Positions 28,617 to 37,624 of a DNA stretch of 64,000 nucleotides are shown here, in pieces (positions within the stretch are counted from its first letter, which is position 1; every line of letters starts with the position of its first letter). The position numbers and the translations under genes were made by a program. Source of the DNA: Candidatus Cloacimonadota bacterium (GTDB taxonomy: Bacteria; Cloacimonadota; Cloacimonadia; Cloacimonadales; WRIO01); contig JAKQQL010000440.1 of assembly GCA_029564175.1 (NCBI GenBank), forward strand, positions 1 to 64,000, given 5' to 3'. The notes under the pieces were generated by a model. The model saw only the letters and a program-made list of their open reading frames with translations, made no database searches and had not been told where the DNA came from.

Positions 28617-29801
28617 TTATTTTTTTAGATTATTAAAAACAGCAAGATCAAATTTTAAGGAAGTCATAAATTGATTTAGTTTTATATCTCCCATTATTGC
28701 AGATATATAGGCTATATTTAACTCTACATCTTTCTTTATGCGAACACTTGTACCTACTGTCAGTAAACCCATGTCAGCAGTTTTGATATTTCCTGTGGAT
28801 GGAATAGCTGCATAGAAATCATAATGAAATTCACTCATATCAGGAGCTGAATAATTAGGGACATGGTAACTTCCTTCAAATATTTTTGGGCTATAGATGA
28901 ATCCCGCTTTAAGCGAATAATCTCCAACAATCTGGAATGGATTGCCAAAACGCTTTTCAGTTCCAAGTTTAAGTATCATTTGATCTTTCATATAGTTAGC
29001 CTGTTCACTGTACATCGTATAATCTGTTTCAGCCATTATGAAAAATTCCTTAGGTAAATTGATACTTACTCCAGCTTTAATTTCTGATGGAATTGTCATT
29101 GTATAATCTACATATTTATGTTTGTAATCAACATCTGCTGAATGAATATAACTTAAGCCTGCATTGAATGTTTGGCTCTGGTACAAAATTCCTGGTTGAA
29201 GACGAAAGAAATAGCGACGAAATCTTAACAAATCAACTTTTCCTTCATTTCTATATTCTCCAAAATTTTGCATATTGAGTATAGAATTGATTCCTACTGA
29301 TAAATGCTCATTAATCTCTTGTGATGTTGTCAGTGTAAACTGATGATTTTCATAAGTAGGCTGATAATCTACTGTTGTCCCAATTTGGGGAATTGATCTG
29401 ACAAAACTGTAGTATTTTAATGAATTGACTAATGAATAAGATAATCCAAAATGAGTGTTGTGAAGAGGTTTAAACGTTAATGCTAAAGATCCGATAGGAG
29501 CAGGAGACTGGTATTTGTGGTTGTCATATTGGTTAAACTCTTTTATGTTACCTTTAACGATAAACTCCATATTCAGACTTGCATATTTATCGAGCATTGA
29601 GGCTGGATTGTGAATACCATAATCAGCTCCACCTGTTAAAGCAATCCCTGTATGACCTCGACCTGCCATGTCTGAGTTAAGAAAGTTTTTTGAATATTGA
29701 TCATAAAAACCCTGAGCAAAGTCAGGTCCGACGTAATTTACCGGTTGTGCTGATAATTTAAGACATATCAACATAGACAGAACAAAAAAGATTCTTTTCA
29801 T
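28617..29801 (-). CDS. Putative outer-membrane beta-barrel protein (FadL/PorV-like)
   Basis: Signal peptide, MAGRGHTG and HNPAS plug-like motif, amphipathic beta strands. Confidence 0.6.
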   Translation of the reverse strand: MKRIFFVLSMLICLKLSAQPVNYVGPDFAQGFYDQYSKNFLNSDMAGRGHTGIALTGGADYGIHNPASMLDKYASLNMEFIVKGNIKEFNQYDNHKYQSPAPIGSLALTFKPLHNTHFGLSYSLVNSLKYYSFVRSIPQIGTTVDYQPTYENHQFTLTTSQEINEHLSVGINSILNMQNFGEYRNEGKVDLLRFRRYFFRLQPGILYQSQTFNAGLSYIHSADVDYKHKYVDYTMTIPSEIKAGVSINLPKEFFIMAETDYTMYSEQANYMKDQMILKLGTEKRFGNPFQIVGDYSLKAGFIYSPKIFEGSYHVPNYSAPDMSEFHYDFYAAIPSTGNIKTADMGLLTVGTSVRIKKDVELNIAYISAIMGDIKLNQFMTSLKFDLAVFNNLKK

Positions 29802-29804
29802 TAT

Positions 29805-31073
29805 TTACTCCTGAGACATAAGAAATATGGTTTGATCTCTTTTTGGCCCTACAGAAACGATAGAGACAGGAATTTCCAGCAAGGATTCGATTTTCTTGAC
29901 ATATAATTGGGCATTAAGCGGTAAAGATTCCCAGGTTTTACATTGCGAAATATCTTCAGTCCATGTATTCATGGAGATATAAACGGGCTCTGCATTTTCC
30001 AGAATACGCTGATCAGAGGGGAATTCATTGATCATCTGTCCATTGATTTTGTATCCTGTACAGATTTTTAATTCATCCAGTCCACTTAAGACATCAAGTA
30101 ACGTAAGTGCTACACTGTCAATTCCATTAATCATCACTGAGAATTTGGCTGCGACTACATCAAACCAGCCACAACGTCTCGGACGACCAGTTGTAGAACC
30201 ATATTCGTTTCCTTGTTTTCTTATTTGTTCGCCAACAGGATTGTCTTGTTCAGTTGGAAATGGACCTGAACCTACTCGAGTAAAATAAGATTTAAATACT
30301 CCTATCAGCAGGTCAATCTGGTTTGGAGGAAACCCGGTTGCCACTGAAATTCCACCAGATACAGTATGAGAAGAGGTTACATAAGGATATGTACCAAAAT
30401 AGATATCCAGTAAAGTCCCCTGTGCGCCTTCAAAGAGAATATCTTTATTATCTTTATAATATTGATCGAGTAAATAAGGCAAATTAACCTTATAATCATT
30501 GACTCTCTGTCCGAAAGCGTATAGAGAATCAGATTGTTCTTTGAGTTCTACATCATCAATTTGAATGTTGTGATACTGATAAAGAAAAGATAAACGATAA
30601 TATATAAAATCAAGGTCATTTAAATCACAGATTCTCAAACCTAATCGTGAAATAGAATCAGAATAGCAGGGACCAATTCCTCTTTTAGTAGTGCCTATCT
30701 TTTTTGCACCAGCAAGAGTTTCTACTTTCTCATCTAACAATTTATGGATTGGAAGTACAATGGAAGCCCTTTCATCGATAAAGAAACGGCCTTTGAAAGT
30801 GATACCTTTTTCAACAAGAGCAGACATCTCATTTTCAAGCTGTACAGGATCAATTACAACACCAGATCCCAGAGCACATTTTTTCTCTGAATGAAAGATA
30901 CCAGAAGGTATCAGGTGCATGACAAATTTATGATTATCAAACTGAATCGTGTGACCAGCGTTGCTTCCTCCCTGAAAGCGAACGATAATATCAGCATCAC
31001 TTGCTAAAACATCAACAATTTTTGCTTTCGCTTCATCTCCAAAGAGACATCCTAAAACAGCTGTTGTACTCAT
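29805..31073 (-). CDS. purA: Adenylosuccinate synthetase
   Basis: RFQGGSNAGHT, IGTTKRGIGPCY, EGAQG, GTYPYVTSS, EYGSTTGRPRRCGW. Confidence 0.97.
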   Translation of the reverse strand: MSTTAVLGCLFGDEAKAKIVDVLASDADIIVRFQGGSNAGHTIQFDNHKFVMHLIPSGIFHSEKKCALGSGVVIDPVQLENEMSALVEKGITFKGRFFIDERASIVLPIHKLLDEKVETLAGAKKIGTTKRGIGPCYSDSISRLGLRICDLNDLDFIYYRLSFLYQYHNIQIDDVELKEQSDSLYAFGQRVNDYKVNLPYLLDQYYKDNKDILFEGAQGTLLDIYFGTYPYVTSSHTVSGGISVATGFPPNQIDLLIGVFKSYFTRVGSGPFPTEQDNPVGEQIRKQGNEYGSTTGRPRRCGWFDVVAAKFSVMINGIDSVALTLLDVLSGLDELKICTGYKINGQMINEFPSDQRILENAEPVYISMNTWTEDISQCKTWESLPLNAQLYVKKIESLLEIPVSIVSVGPKRDQTIFLMSQE

Positions 31074-31146
31074 TTAATTACTCCTTGTATATCTCATACC
31101 ATAACAATATGAAATACAATCATTTATTCATTTTCTAACTAAAGAT

Positions 31147-31175
31147 AAGATAATTAAGGAAATATATCTTGTCAA
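31147..31175 (-). promoter_or_regulatory. sigma70-type promoter for purA
   Basis: Minus strand TTGACA-17 bp-TATCTT. Confidence 0.65.
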
Positions 31176-31208
31176 CCTAAAATATGAAAAAATAAATTTC
31201 TTGTACGC

Positions 31209-32204
31209 CTAATTGATTTTTTCCTGTATTAATTTCTCAATTATCTGACTTGATTTAAACCCATCAGCTTCAGCTGCGTAAGAAACTAATACTCTGTGTC
31301 TCAGAACCATATCAGCCACTTTTCTGACATCATCGATAGCCGGAGACAGTCTGCCTTCAAGTGCCGCCTGGATTTTTGCTGCCTGAATTAAATATTGTGA
31401 AGCACGAGGCCCGGCTCCCCATGTAACCCATTTTTTGATAAAGTCAGGCGCATCACTACTCGCAGGACGGGTGGCACGAACCAGACGAACTGCATAAGTC
31501 AGCACATGATCACTGATTGGAATCTCATAAAGTGCAGACTGAATGTTTAAAATTGCCTCATGAGAAATGACAGGTTTGGGTTCTGAAGCATGTTTACTGG
31601 TAGTACTGATAACGATTTGTTTTTCTTCTTCAAAATCTGGATAATCAATGATAATGTTTAGCATAAAACGATCTAACTGAGCTTCTGGTAAGGGATAAGT
31701 ACCTTCTTGTTCAATTGGATTTTGTGTCGCAAGTACCAAAAAGGGAGCTGCTAAAGGATAGGTTGTATTACCTACACTTATTTGAAACTCCTGCATTGCC
31801 TGTAAAAGCGCAGATTGAGTCTTTGGAGGGGTTCGGTTAATCTCGTCTGCTAAAATCAGATTTGCGAAAACAGGCCCTTTGATAAATTGAAAGTATCTGG
31901 ATCCGTCATTTTTATTCTCAGTCAGGACTTCTGTACCAGTGATATCAGAAGGCATTAAGTCTGGCGTAAACTGAATGCGGCTGAATTTTAACTGAAGTAT
32001 TTTCGCTAATGTCGATATCATAAGCGTTTTTGCCAGTCCGGGTACACCTTCAATGAGACAGTGTCCGTTGGCAAAAAGTGCTATCATGATTTGTTCAATC
32101 ACTTTATCCTGACCAATTATTACTTTATGCAGTTCATTTAAAATTAGGGTTTTTGTGTTTTTTAGATTATCCAGTATTTCTAAATTATTCGCTTGTGGGC
32201 TCAT
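31209..32204 (-). CDS. MoxR family AAA+ ATPase
   Basis: EGVPGLAKT, RIQFTPDLMPSD, LADEINRTPPKTQSALL, ATQNPIEQEGTYPLPEAQLDRF. Confidence 0.95.
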   Translation of the reverse strand: MSPQANNLEILDNLKNTKTLILNELHKVIIGQDKVIEQIMIALFANGHCLIEGVPGLAKTLMISTLAKILQLKFSRIQFTPDLMPSDITGTEVLTENKNDGSRYFQFIKGPVFANLILADEINRTPPKTQSALLQAMQEFQISVGNTTYPLAAPFLVLATQNPIEQEGTYPLPEAQLDRFMLNIIIDYPDFEEEKQIVISTTSKHASEPKPVISHEAILNIQSALYEIPISDHVLTYAVRLVRATRPASSDAPDFIKKWVTWGAGPRASQYLIQAAKIQAALEGRLSPAIDDVRKVADMVLRHRVLVSYAAEADGFKSSQIIEKLIQEKIN

Positions 32205-33195
32205 TTTTTTCTCCGTTTTTTATAAAATCCATTAGTTTAAATCCAGCGTAGCTTATGCTGATCAGGCCAGCAGCTACAACAATTATACCTGTAATCAGGT
32301 GTGAAAAAGTCATGACTGCACTTACCATTTCCTTGCTCAATCCAAGACCAACTGAAAAAATCAATACCATGATCAATTCATTTGAACCAATCTGAGCGGG
32401 AGGATGAGGTAGTATATAGCTTAAGTAAATTAATGTATAACCAAAGAGGACATAGAAGAAATCAATAGATTGCGAGAATGATTTAAACAATACCCAAAAG
32501 AATAAACTATCACAAACTACAGAAGATATTGTCAGCAGGATACAAGGGATTAACAGATTTAAATGATTCTTAAAAATAGCCGTACCCTGTATAAATAGCT
32601 CAATAAACTCATGAATTTTTTCTTTATAATGATTTGGAAAGAAAAAGAAGATACTTTGAAGTAATTTTATCACCTTATCTTCCTGTATCGTTGCAAAATA
32701 TAAAATAGACGCTCCAAAAAGAAAAACACCAATTAATAAGAAAATAAGTGTATAGAGGTAAGAATCGAGCTGGATGGGTATAAAAGGAATTAGAATAATA
32801 ATCACAAAAATACCAAAAGTATCAAACAATTTGTCAATAAAGACAGATGGAAAACTCTTTGAAAGCTGGATTTGATAGTTTTTTTTAATCAGCAGACACT
32901 TTGCAAGTTCTCCTGCACGAATCGGTATCAGATAATTTATAAAATTTCCTGCCAAAAGGTAAGCAAAACTGTCTTTTTGTTTTATTGACTGGCTGGTTGA
33001 AAGCAGGATTTTCCATCTGTATGCTCTAATCCAGTATGAGAATAGATAAAAAGAAAATGCTAGCAGAGATAAACTGATTTTTATTTGTTTGAAATAAGAA
33101 GTCAATAGATTTATATCTATCCATTGAGACCAAAGATAGAGAAAAAATAACCCGATCGCAACACTAAACGTAATTTTAAACAATTTACTCTTCAT
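32185..33195 (-). CDS. Lysylphosphatidylglycerol synthase TM-domain / UPF0104 flippase-like protein
   Basis: Polytopic; RAYRWKILL, NYLIPIRAGELAK, PPAQIGSNE motifs. Confidence 0.82.
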   Translation of the reverse strand: MKSKLFKITFSVAIGLFFLYLWSQWIDINLLTSYFKQIKISLSLLAFSFYLFSYWIRAYRWKILLSTSQSIKQKDSFAYLLAGNFINYLIPIRAGELAKCLLIKKNYQIQLSKSFPSVFIDKLFDTFGIFVIIILIPFIPIQLDSYLYTLIFLLIGVFLFGASILYFATIQEDKVIKLLQSIFFFFPNHYKEKIHEFIELFIQGTAIFKNHLNLLIPCILLTISSVVCDSLFFWVLFKSFSQSIDFFYVLFGYTLIYLSYILPHPPAQIGSNELIMVLIFSVGLGLSKEMVSAVMTFSHLITGIIVVAAGLISISYAGFKLMDFIKNGEKNEPTSE

Positions 33196-33214
33196 CTTTT
33201 TACAATTTTCTTTC

Positions 33215-34057
33215 TTATCTCACAAAAAGGAGGTATTGATGATGAGCCCATATTTTTTTAAATGTATGGGGAGCGTTTTTTTCAAAAAATTCAAATTTCT
33301 CAAAGTCTTTTGGCATATCAGGTCGTTTCCCTGAATAGTAATCCAAAATGCTAACAGGTTCTTTTTTTATATGTGCTGAGGGTTTTTTAGGCAATAAAAA
33401 CGACAGTTTCAATTTCTTTAAAAAATCTTCTTTTGACATTCCAATATCAGGCCATAGGGGACAATCCAGTAATTCATGACTCAGTAGTTTCCATTTGAGT
33501 TTTTTCATTTCAGATTTAATGTAATGGACTTTAATATAGTCTTCGTTCAGGTATTTTTTTAGATCATCCTGTCCAAAATACTTTTGTTGTAAATATCCAA
33601 TTCCGGTCTGGTTCGGTACAATCAGCAAAATGACTTTTTTACTGACTCTATCCAGTTCTTTTAGAAAAACGGAGAGGTCATTAACAAACCATAATGCAGA
33701 AAAATTCCATGACATATCAAAAGTTTTCTCTTCAAAAGGGAGAGAAGAATAATCTTCTGTATAAATGCCTGTAAATGGCAATTCTAAGTCTTTCCATGTT
33801 CTTTGAATATAATCAAGTCTTTTTTGATTATGATCCATTAGCGTGATTTGGCAGTCTTTCTGTGCGATATACATGCTATTTATGCCACTTAATCCGGTAA
33901 ATCCAAAAGAGGGAGTTTCCAGGACACTTTTAATCTTGAAATGTTTTACAGTTTTAAATAGAATTCTGTTGATGATAAAGCGTTCATAAGTTGATCCTAA
34001 TCCTTCATCAGGATTCTCATAATATTTTTCCCAGAAATGTAAAATGGGTATTGCCAT
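33215..34057 (-). CDS. Class I SAM-dependent methyltransferase-like protein (atypical motif I)
   Basis: SVLETP, LPFEEKTFDMSWNFSAL, FLKELDRVS...LIVPN pattern. Confidence 0.65.
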   Translation of the reverse strand: MAIPILHFWEKYYENPDEGLGSTYERFIINRILFKTVKHFKIKSVLETPSFGFTGLSGINSMYIAQKDCQITLMDHNQKRLDYIQRTWKDLELPFTGIYTEDYSSLPFEEKTFDMSWNFSALWFVNDLSVFLKELDRVSKKVILLIVPNQTGIGYLQQKYFGQDDLKKYLNEDYIKVHYIKSEMKKLKWKLLSHELLDCPLWPDIGMSKEDFLKKLKLSFLLPKKPSAHIKKEPVSILDYYSGKRPDMPKDFEKFEFFEKNAPHTFKKIWAHHQYLLFVR

Positions 34058-34067
34058 TTTTATCCGC

Positions 34068-35039
34068 CTATTTTAATTTTTTATACCATTCAATGGATTG
34101 TTTAAAGCCTGGGATGGTTTTAACTCGTTTCAGGTTAAGATCTTCATATACCTGATTAACATCATAATACCAGTTTTTTGAAATCAATTCAAAACGACTA
34201 ATCCATAATTCGTTCTTAAAGAACCGACTTATTTTTTCGCCAGCTTCAAAGAAAGAAGAGTCTATTTTTCTGTTTAAAGGGTATGGTTTATGATGAAGTT
34301 TTTCTGAGATAAATTGTATCAATTCTTCAAAAATCACAGGTTTTTCATCTGCTATTATCCATTCTTTACCACTTTTATGATCAGATTTTAGCGCTTTTAC
34401 AAATGCTTCTGTAATCAGATCAATATGTGTCATGTGGAGTCTGACAGGTTTATTTGGATAAAAAAGCATTTTTTTGTCAATCAGTTTGATTAAAGTAAAA
34501 GGGAATCCAAAATCTTCTCCTCCGTATGTGATCGCAGGTCTTAGAATGTAAGCATTCAGGTTACCAGCCAGAACATATTTCTGAATAATGGCTTCACTTC
34601 TGATTTTTGTATAATGATAGTAGTTATCTTCTTGTTTAGGTGTGTAGTTATTTGCAGGTAATTCCAGGGGAATTGCTCCAAATACACCCACAGAAGAACA
34701 GAACAGCAGTTTAGATTGATTTTTGACAGCATTTAGCACTAACTGTTCGGTTGCGAATACATTCGCTCTCTGATATTCTTCCTTGCTGAATTTTCGGCCT
34801 CCTCTGAGTGCTCCTATATGAACGATATAGGTAAAAGCCTTTTTTTCAAGGAATTGCTTTAACTTTTTAATATCTCCAAGATCAATCTCTACAAAATTAA
34901 CCTTATCAATAAATTCAGCATAACGCTTTTTATTTGTTTTTGGTCTTATTAAAGCGGTGATTTCATAATGACCAATCAGTTTCTTTGCCACACTTTTACC
35001 AATAAAACCAGTAATTCCAGTTAGAAGTAATGTTTCCAT
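34068..35039 (-). CDS. Extended SDR, NAD-dependent epimerase/dehydratase family
   Basis: LTGITGFIG, CSSVGVFG, YHYTK (YxxxK), LRPAITYG. Confidence 0.88.
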   Translation of the reverse strand: METLLLTGITGFIGKSVAKKLIGHYEITALIRPKTNKKRYAEFIDKVNFVEIDLGDIKKLKQFLEKKAFTYIVHIGALRGGRKFSKEEYQRANVFATEQLVLNAVKNQSKLLFCSSVGVFGAIPLELPANNYTPKQEDNYYHYTKIRSEAIIQKYVLAGNLNAYILRPAITYGGEDFGFPFTLIKLIDKKMLFYPNKPVRLHMTHIDLITEAFVKALKSDHKSGKEWIIADEKPVIFEELIQFISEKLHHKPYPLNRKIDSSFFEAGEKISRFFKNELWISRFELISKNWYYDVNQVYEDLNLKRVKTIPGFKQSIEWYKKLK

Positions 35040-35831
35040 TTATTCTCCAAAAAATCCGAATAATTTTTCAAAAAAGCTTTTCTTTTTAGGTGTTTCTCTT
35101 CTACTCATATAAAAATGAGGGATATGTTCGTTTTTTAGCATTTTTTCAGGAAAAGTTTTTGATAAAAGCTGTGCCATTTTATCATCAAATTCAGCTCTAA
35201 TGGCATCTACTGCTTCAGCATAATCATAGACTCCTGAATGACAGTGACAATCTGATCCAAGAAAATGTGCCCAACCTCTGTCAATTAATTCAAATGCGGT
35301 ATCCTGAACTTGTTTGCCATAACCACCTAAAATACTGCTGGTATTAATTTGCAGATAAACATCTCTTTGCAGGAAATCATCCGCTTTATCTGGATTTTGC
35401 TTGATTTCACGGTATCTTTCCGGGTGGGCTAAAATGGGCTTCATCCCTTTTCTGTTCATCTGATAAAGGAGTTGAAACAAATCTTCCGTAAAACCATTGA
35501 GATTATTTTCTATCAGTACATATTGAGAATTATTGATGAAGAGGTTTTCTTTATATATTTCATCAATGATATTTTCACCGTTGAGGTAAACTTCAGCTGA
35601 GTGAAAAAAATCTACATCAGGAGCATATTGTTGCTTAACAGACATTACTTTATTGAATGCTGATTTGACTTTTTCCTGAGTACTATCATAAAAACCAGGC
35701 ATATAGTGAGGTGTAAAAACAAGCTTCTTAACGCCTGATTGCTGAATGAGTTTTAGATATTCGATGGTCGTTTCAAAATCTTGAGAACCATCATCAAGTT
35801 CTGCCAATATATGGTTGTGAATATCAATCAT
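35040..35831 (-). CDS. CpsB/CapC family PHP-domain metal-dependent phosphatase
   Basis: MIDIHNHI...DDGS, TPHY, AHPERY, GSDCH. Confidence 0.9.
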   Translation of the reverse strand: MIDIHNHILAELDDGSQDFETTIEYLKLIQQSGVKKLVFTPHYMPGFYDSTQEKVKSAFNKVMSVKQQYAPDVDFFHSAEVYLNGENIIDEIYKENLFINNSQYVLIENNLNGFTEDLFQLLYQMNRKGMKPILAHPERYREIKQNPDKADDFLQRDVYLQINTSSILGGYGKQVQDTAFELIDRGWAHFLGSDCHCHSGVYDYAEAVDAIRAEFDDKMAQLLSKTFPEKMLKNEHIPHFYMSRRETPKKKSFFEKLFGFFGE

Positions 35832-35847
35832 AGAATTTCCTTATTTA

Positions 35848-36597
35848 CTATCTGACACTGTGAACAGCATCTGCGAATTCTCTGACAATGCTGTATTCAT
35901 CCAGTTGTTCTAAAACAGTTCCAATAACAACAAAATCAGCTCCTGCTTCAGCCTTTTGTTTTGCTGTATCTGGGGTTCTGATTCCACCTCCCACAATCAG
36001 AGGTATTTCGATTTTTGATGAAACAGCCTGAATCATTTCTTCAGGGACAGATTCTTTAGCGCCACTTCCTGCTTCCAGATATATCATTTTCATGCCAAGA
36101 TATTGTCCTGCTAAAGCATGAATCAGTGCAATATCGTTTTTTCTTCGAGGTATAGGCATACTATGACTCATGTACTGGACAGATGATAGATTGCCTGACT
36201 CTACCAAGAGATAGCCGGTTGGAATGCTTTCCAGTCCGGTATGATAAAGTTGTGGGGCACATCTGACTTGTTCTTCAATTAACACTTGAGGATTTCTGCT
36301 GCTAAGCATACTCAATAATAAAATTGCATCAGCGTAAGCGCTTACAAAATTAAACAGACCTGGAAATATGATAACAGGTATATCAACTGATTGTTTTATT
36401 TGCCGGATGCTTTCTTCATAGTGCTTTTCTATCATAATACTGCCACCAATTAAAATGGCATCTGCATTACTCTTTTGATAAATTTCTGCCAGTTTGACAT
36501 TTGTTTTGATATCTTGTTTGTCAGGGTCAATCAGACAAAACAAACAGGCATTTTGTCTGCGTTTTTCAATAAGTTTGGTATATATATCATTTTTCAT
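35848..36597 (-). CDS. Geranylgeranylglyceryl phosphate (GGGP) synthase, group II-like
   Basis: LIDPDK, LIGGS, PVIIFPG, SRNP, YLEAGSGA, LIVGGGIR, VVIGT. Confidence 0.93.
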   Translation of the reverse strand: MKNDIYTKLIEKRRQNACLFCLIDPDKQDIKTNVKLAEIYQKSNADAILIGGSIMIEKHYEESIRQIKQSVDIPVIIFPGLFNFVSAYADAILLLSMLSSRNPQVLIEEQVRCAPQLYHTGLESIPTGYLLVESGNLSSVQYMSHSMPIPRRKNDIALIHALAGQYLGMKMIYLEAGSGAKESVPEEMIQAVSSKIEIPLIVGGGIRTPDTAKQKAEAGADFVVIGTVLEQLDEYSIVREFADAVHSVR

Positions 36598-36696
36598 AAA
36601 AATCTCCTAATAAGCGATTTCAGTTCACACTTCATTTGTTCAGTGAATTATCTGCTCTGCAAACAAAGTGCTCAAAGTACGGGTTTGGACGATGCA

Positions 36697-37620
36697 TTAG
36701 TAAATTCCTGAAAATAAATAGGATGTAAAAAAAATTAACAAAAGCACGAACATATCTAGCTTCATCCAATGATGTATTTTTCTTACAATCTGTGGGTGTT
36801 GTGACCGGTTTAAAACAATCAGGAAAAAGACCAAAGGAATAAACACGAGGACATTCAGCATTATAAAAACAAAAGCATTTGTCAGTTTTGTAAAATAAAA
36901 AATAAAAATACTAGAAAAAATGAGCGCAATTGGGATAATGATCCATTTTGCTACTTTGTCTTTTCCTAAAACGACCGCTAATGTTTTCGCATTTTGAGAT
37001 TTGTCTCCTTCATAATCTTCAATTGTTTTTGTCCATTCTCTGATAATGGTGTAAAGAAATGCAAAAACCATGATGGGTAATACTTTAATCGGTTTAGTAC
37101 TACTCAGAGCACCGTACAGAAAAGTCGATGCTGCAGACCAGGCTACAATCAGATTGCCGGATAAACCTCTTTTTTTAAATGAGACAGCATACATAAACAG
37201 CAGAAACAGATTTGCTGATGCGATGATTAAATGCCAGTAATTGGGGCTGAATAAACTGATTATTATGCCACTAAATCCCATTAACAAAGTGAGGTAGCGT
37301 GCTTGTAAAAGAGACATTTTTCCCGATGGTAAAATTCGATGAGGCTGGTTAATTTTATCAATTTCTATATCACAGATGTCATTGATGACATAACCAGCAC
37401 CTGCAATGAGGGAAGCAGATAAAGCCAATAAGTAACTTAAACTGTTCAGCGGAGAAGCCCCACTGTAAACTGCACCAAAATAAGTGCAAATAAAGCTGAA
37501 CAGACAGTTAAATGGTCTGATAATCAGGAATGGGTAAAAAAAACAATTTATCCTTTTCCAGATATCTTTTTTTACTTCAGGTATAGAATGATTCACACTA
37601 TTAAATTCTATCTGACCCAT
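36697..37620 (-). CDS. Digeranylgeranylglyceryl phosphate (DGGGP) synthase-like UbiA prenyltransferase
   Basis: IRPFN, GYVINDICDIEIDKINQPHRILPSG, GNLIVA, REWTKTIEDYEGD; polytopic; adjacent to GGGP synthase. Confidence 0.85.
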   Translation of the reverse strand: MGQIEFNSVNHSIPEVKKDIWKRINCFFYPFLIIRPFNCLFSFICTYFGAVYSGASPLNSLSYLLALSASLIAGAGYVINDICDIEIDKINQPHRILPSGKMSLLQARYLTLLMGFSGIIISLFSPNYWHLIIASANLFLLFMYAVSFKKRGLSGNLIVAWSAASTFLYGALSSTKPIKVLPIMVFAFLYTIIREWTKTIEDYEGDKSQNAKTLAVVLGKDKVAKWIIIPIALIFSSIFIFYFTKLTNAFVFIMLNVLVFIPLVFFLIVLNRSQHPQIVRKIHHWMKLDMFVLLLIFFTSYLFSGIY

Positions 37621-37624
37621 TATT

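Noticed and set aside
36598..36696. Structured RNA or 21-codon peptide between DGGGP and GGGP synthase genes
   Set aside because: Only weak pairing, no RBS, and no recognisable riboswitch or terminator; cannot be supported from this sequence alone
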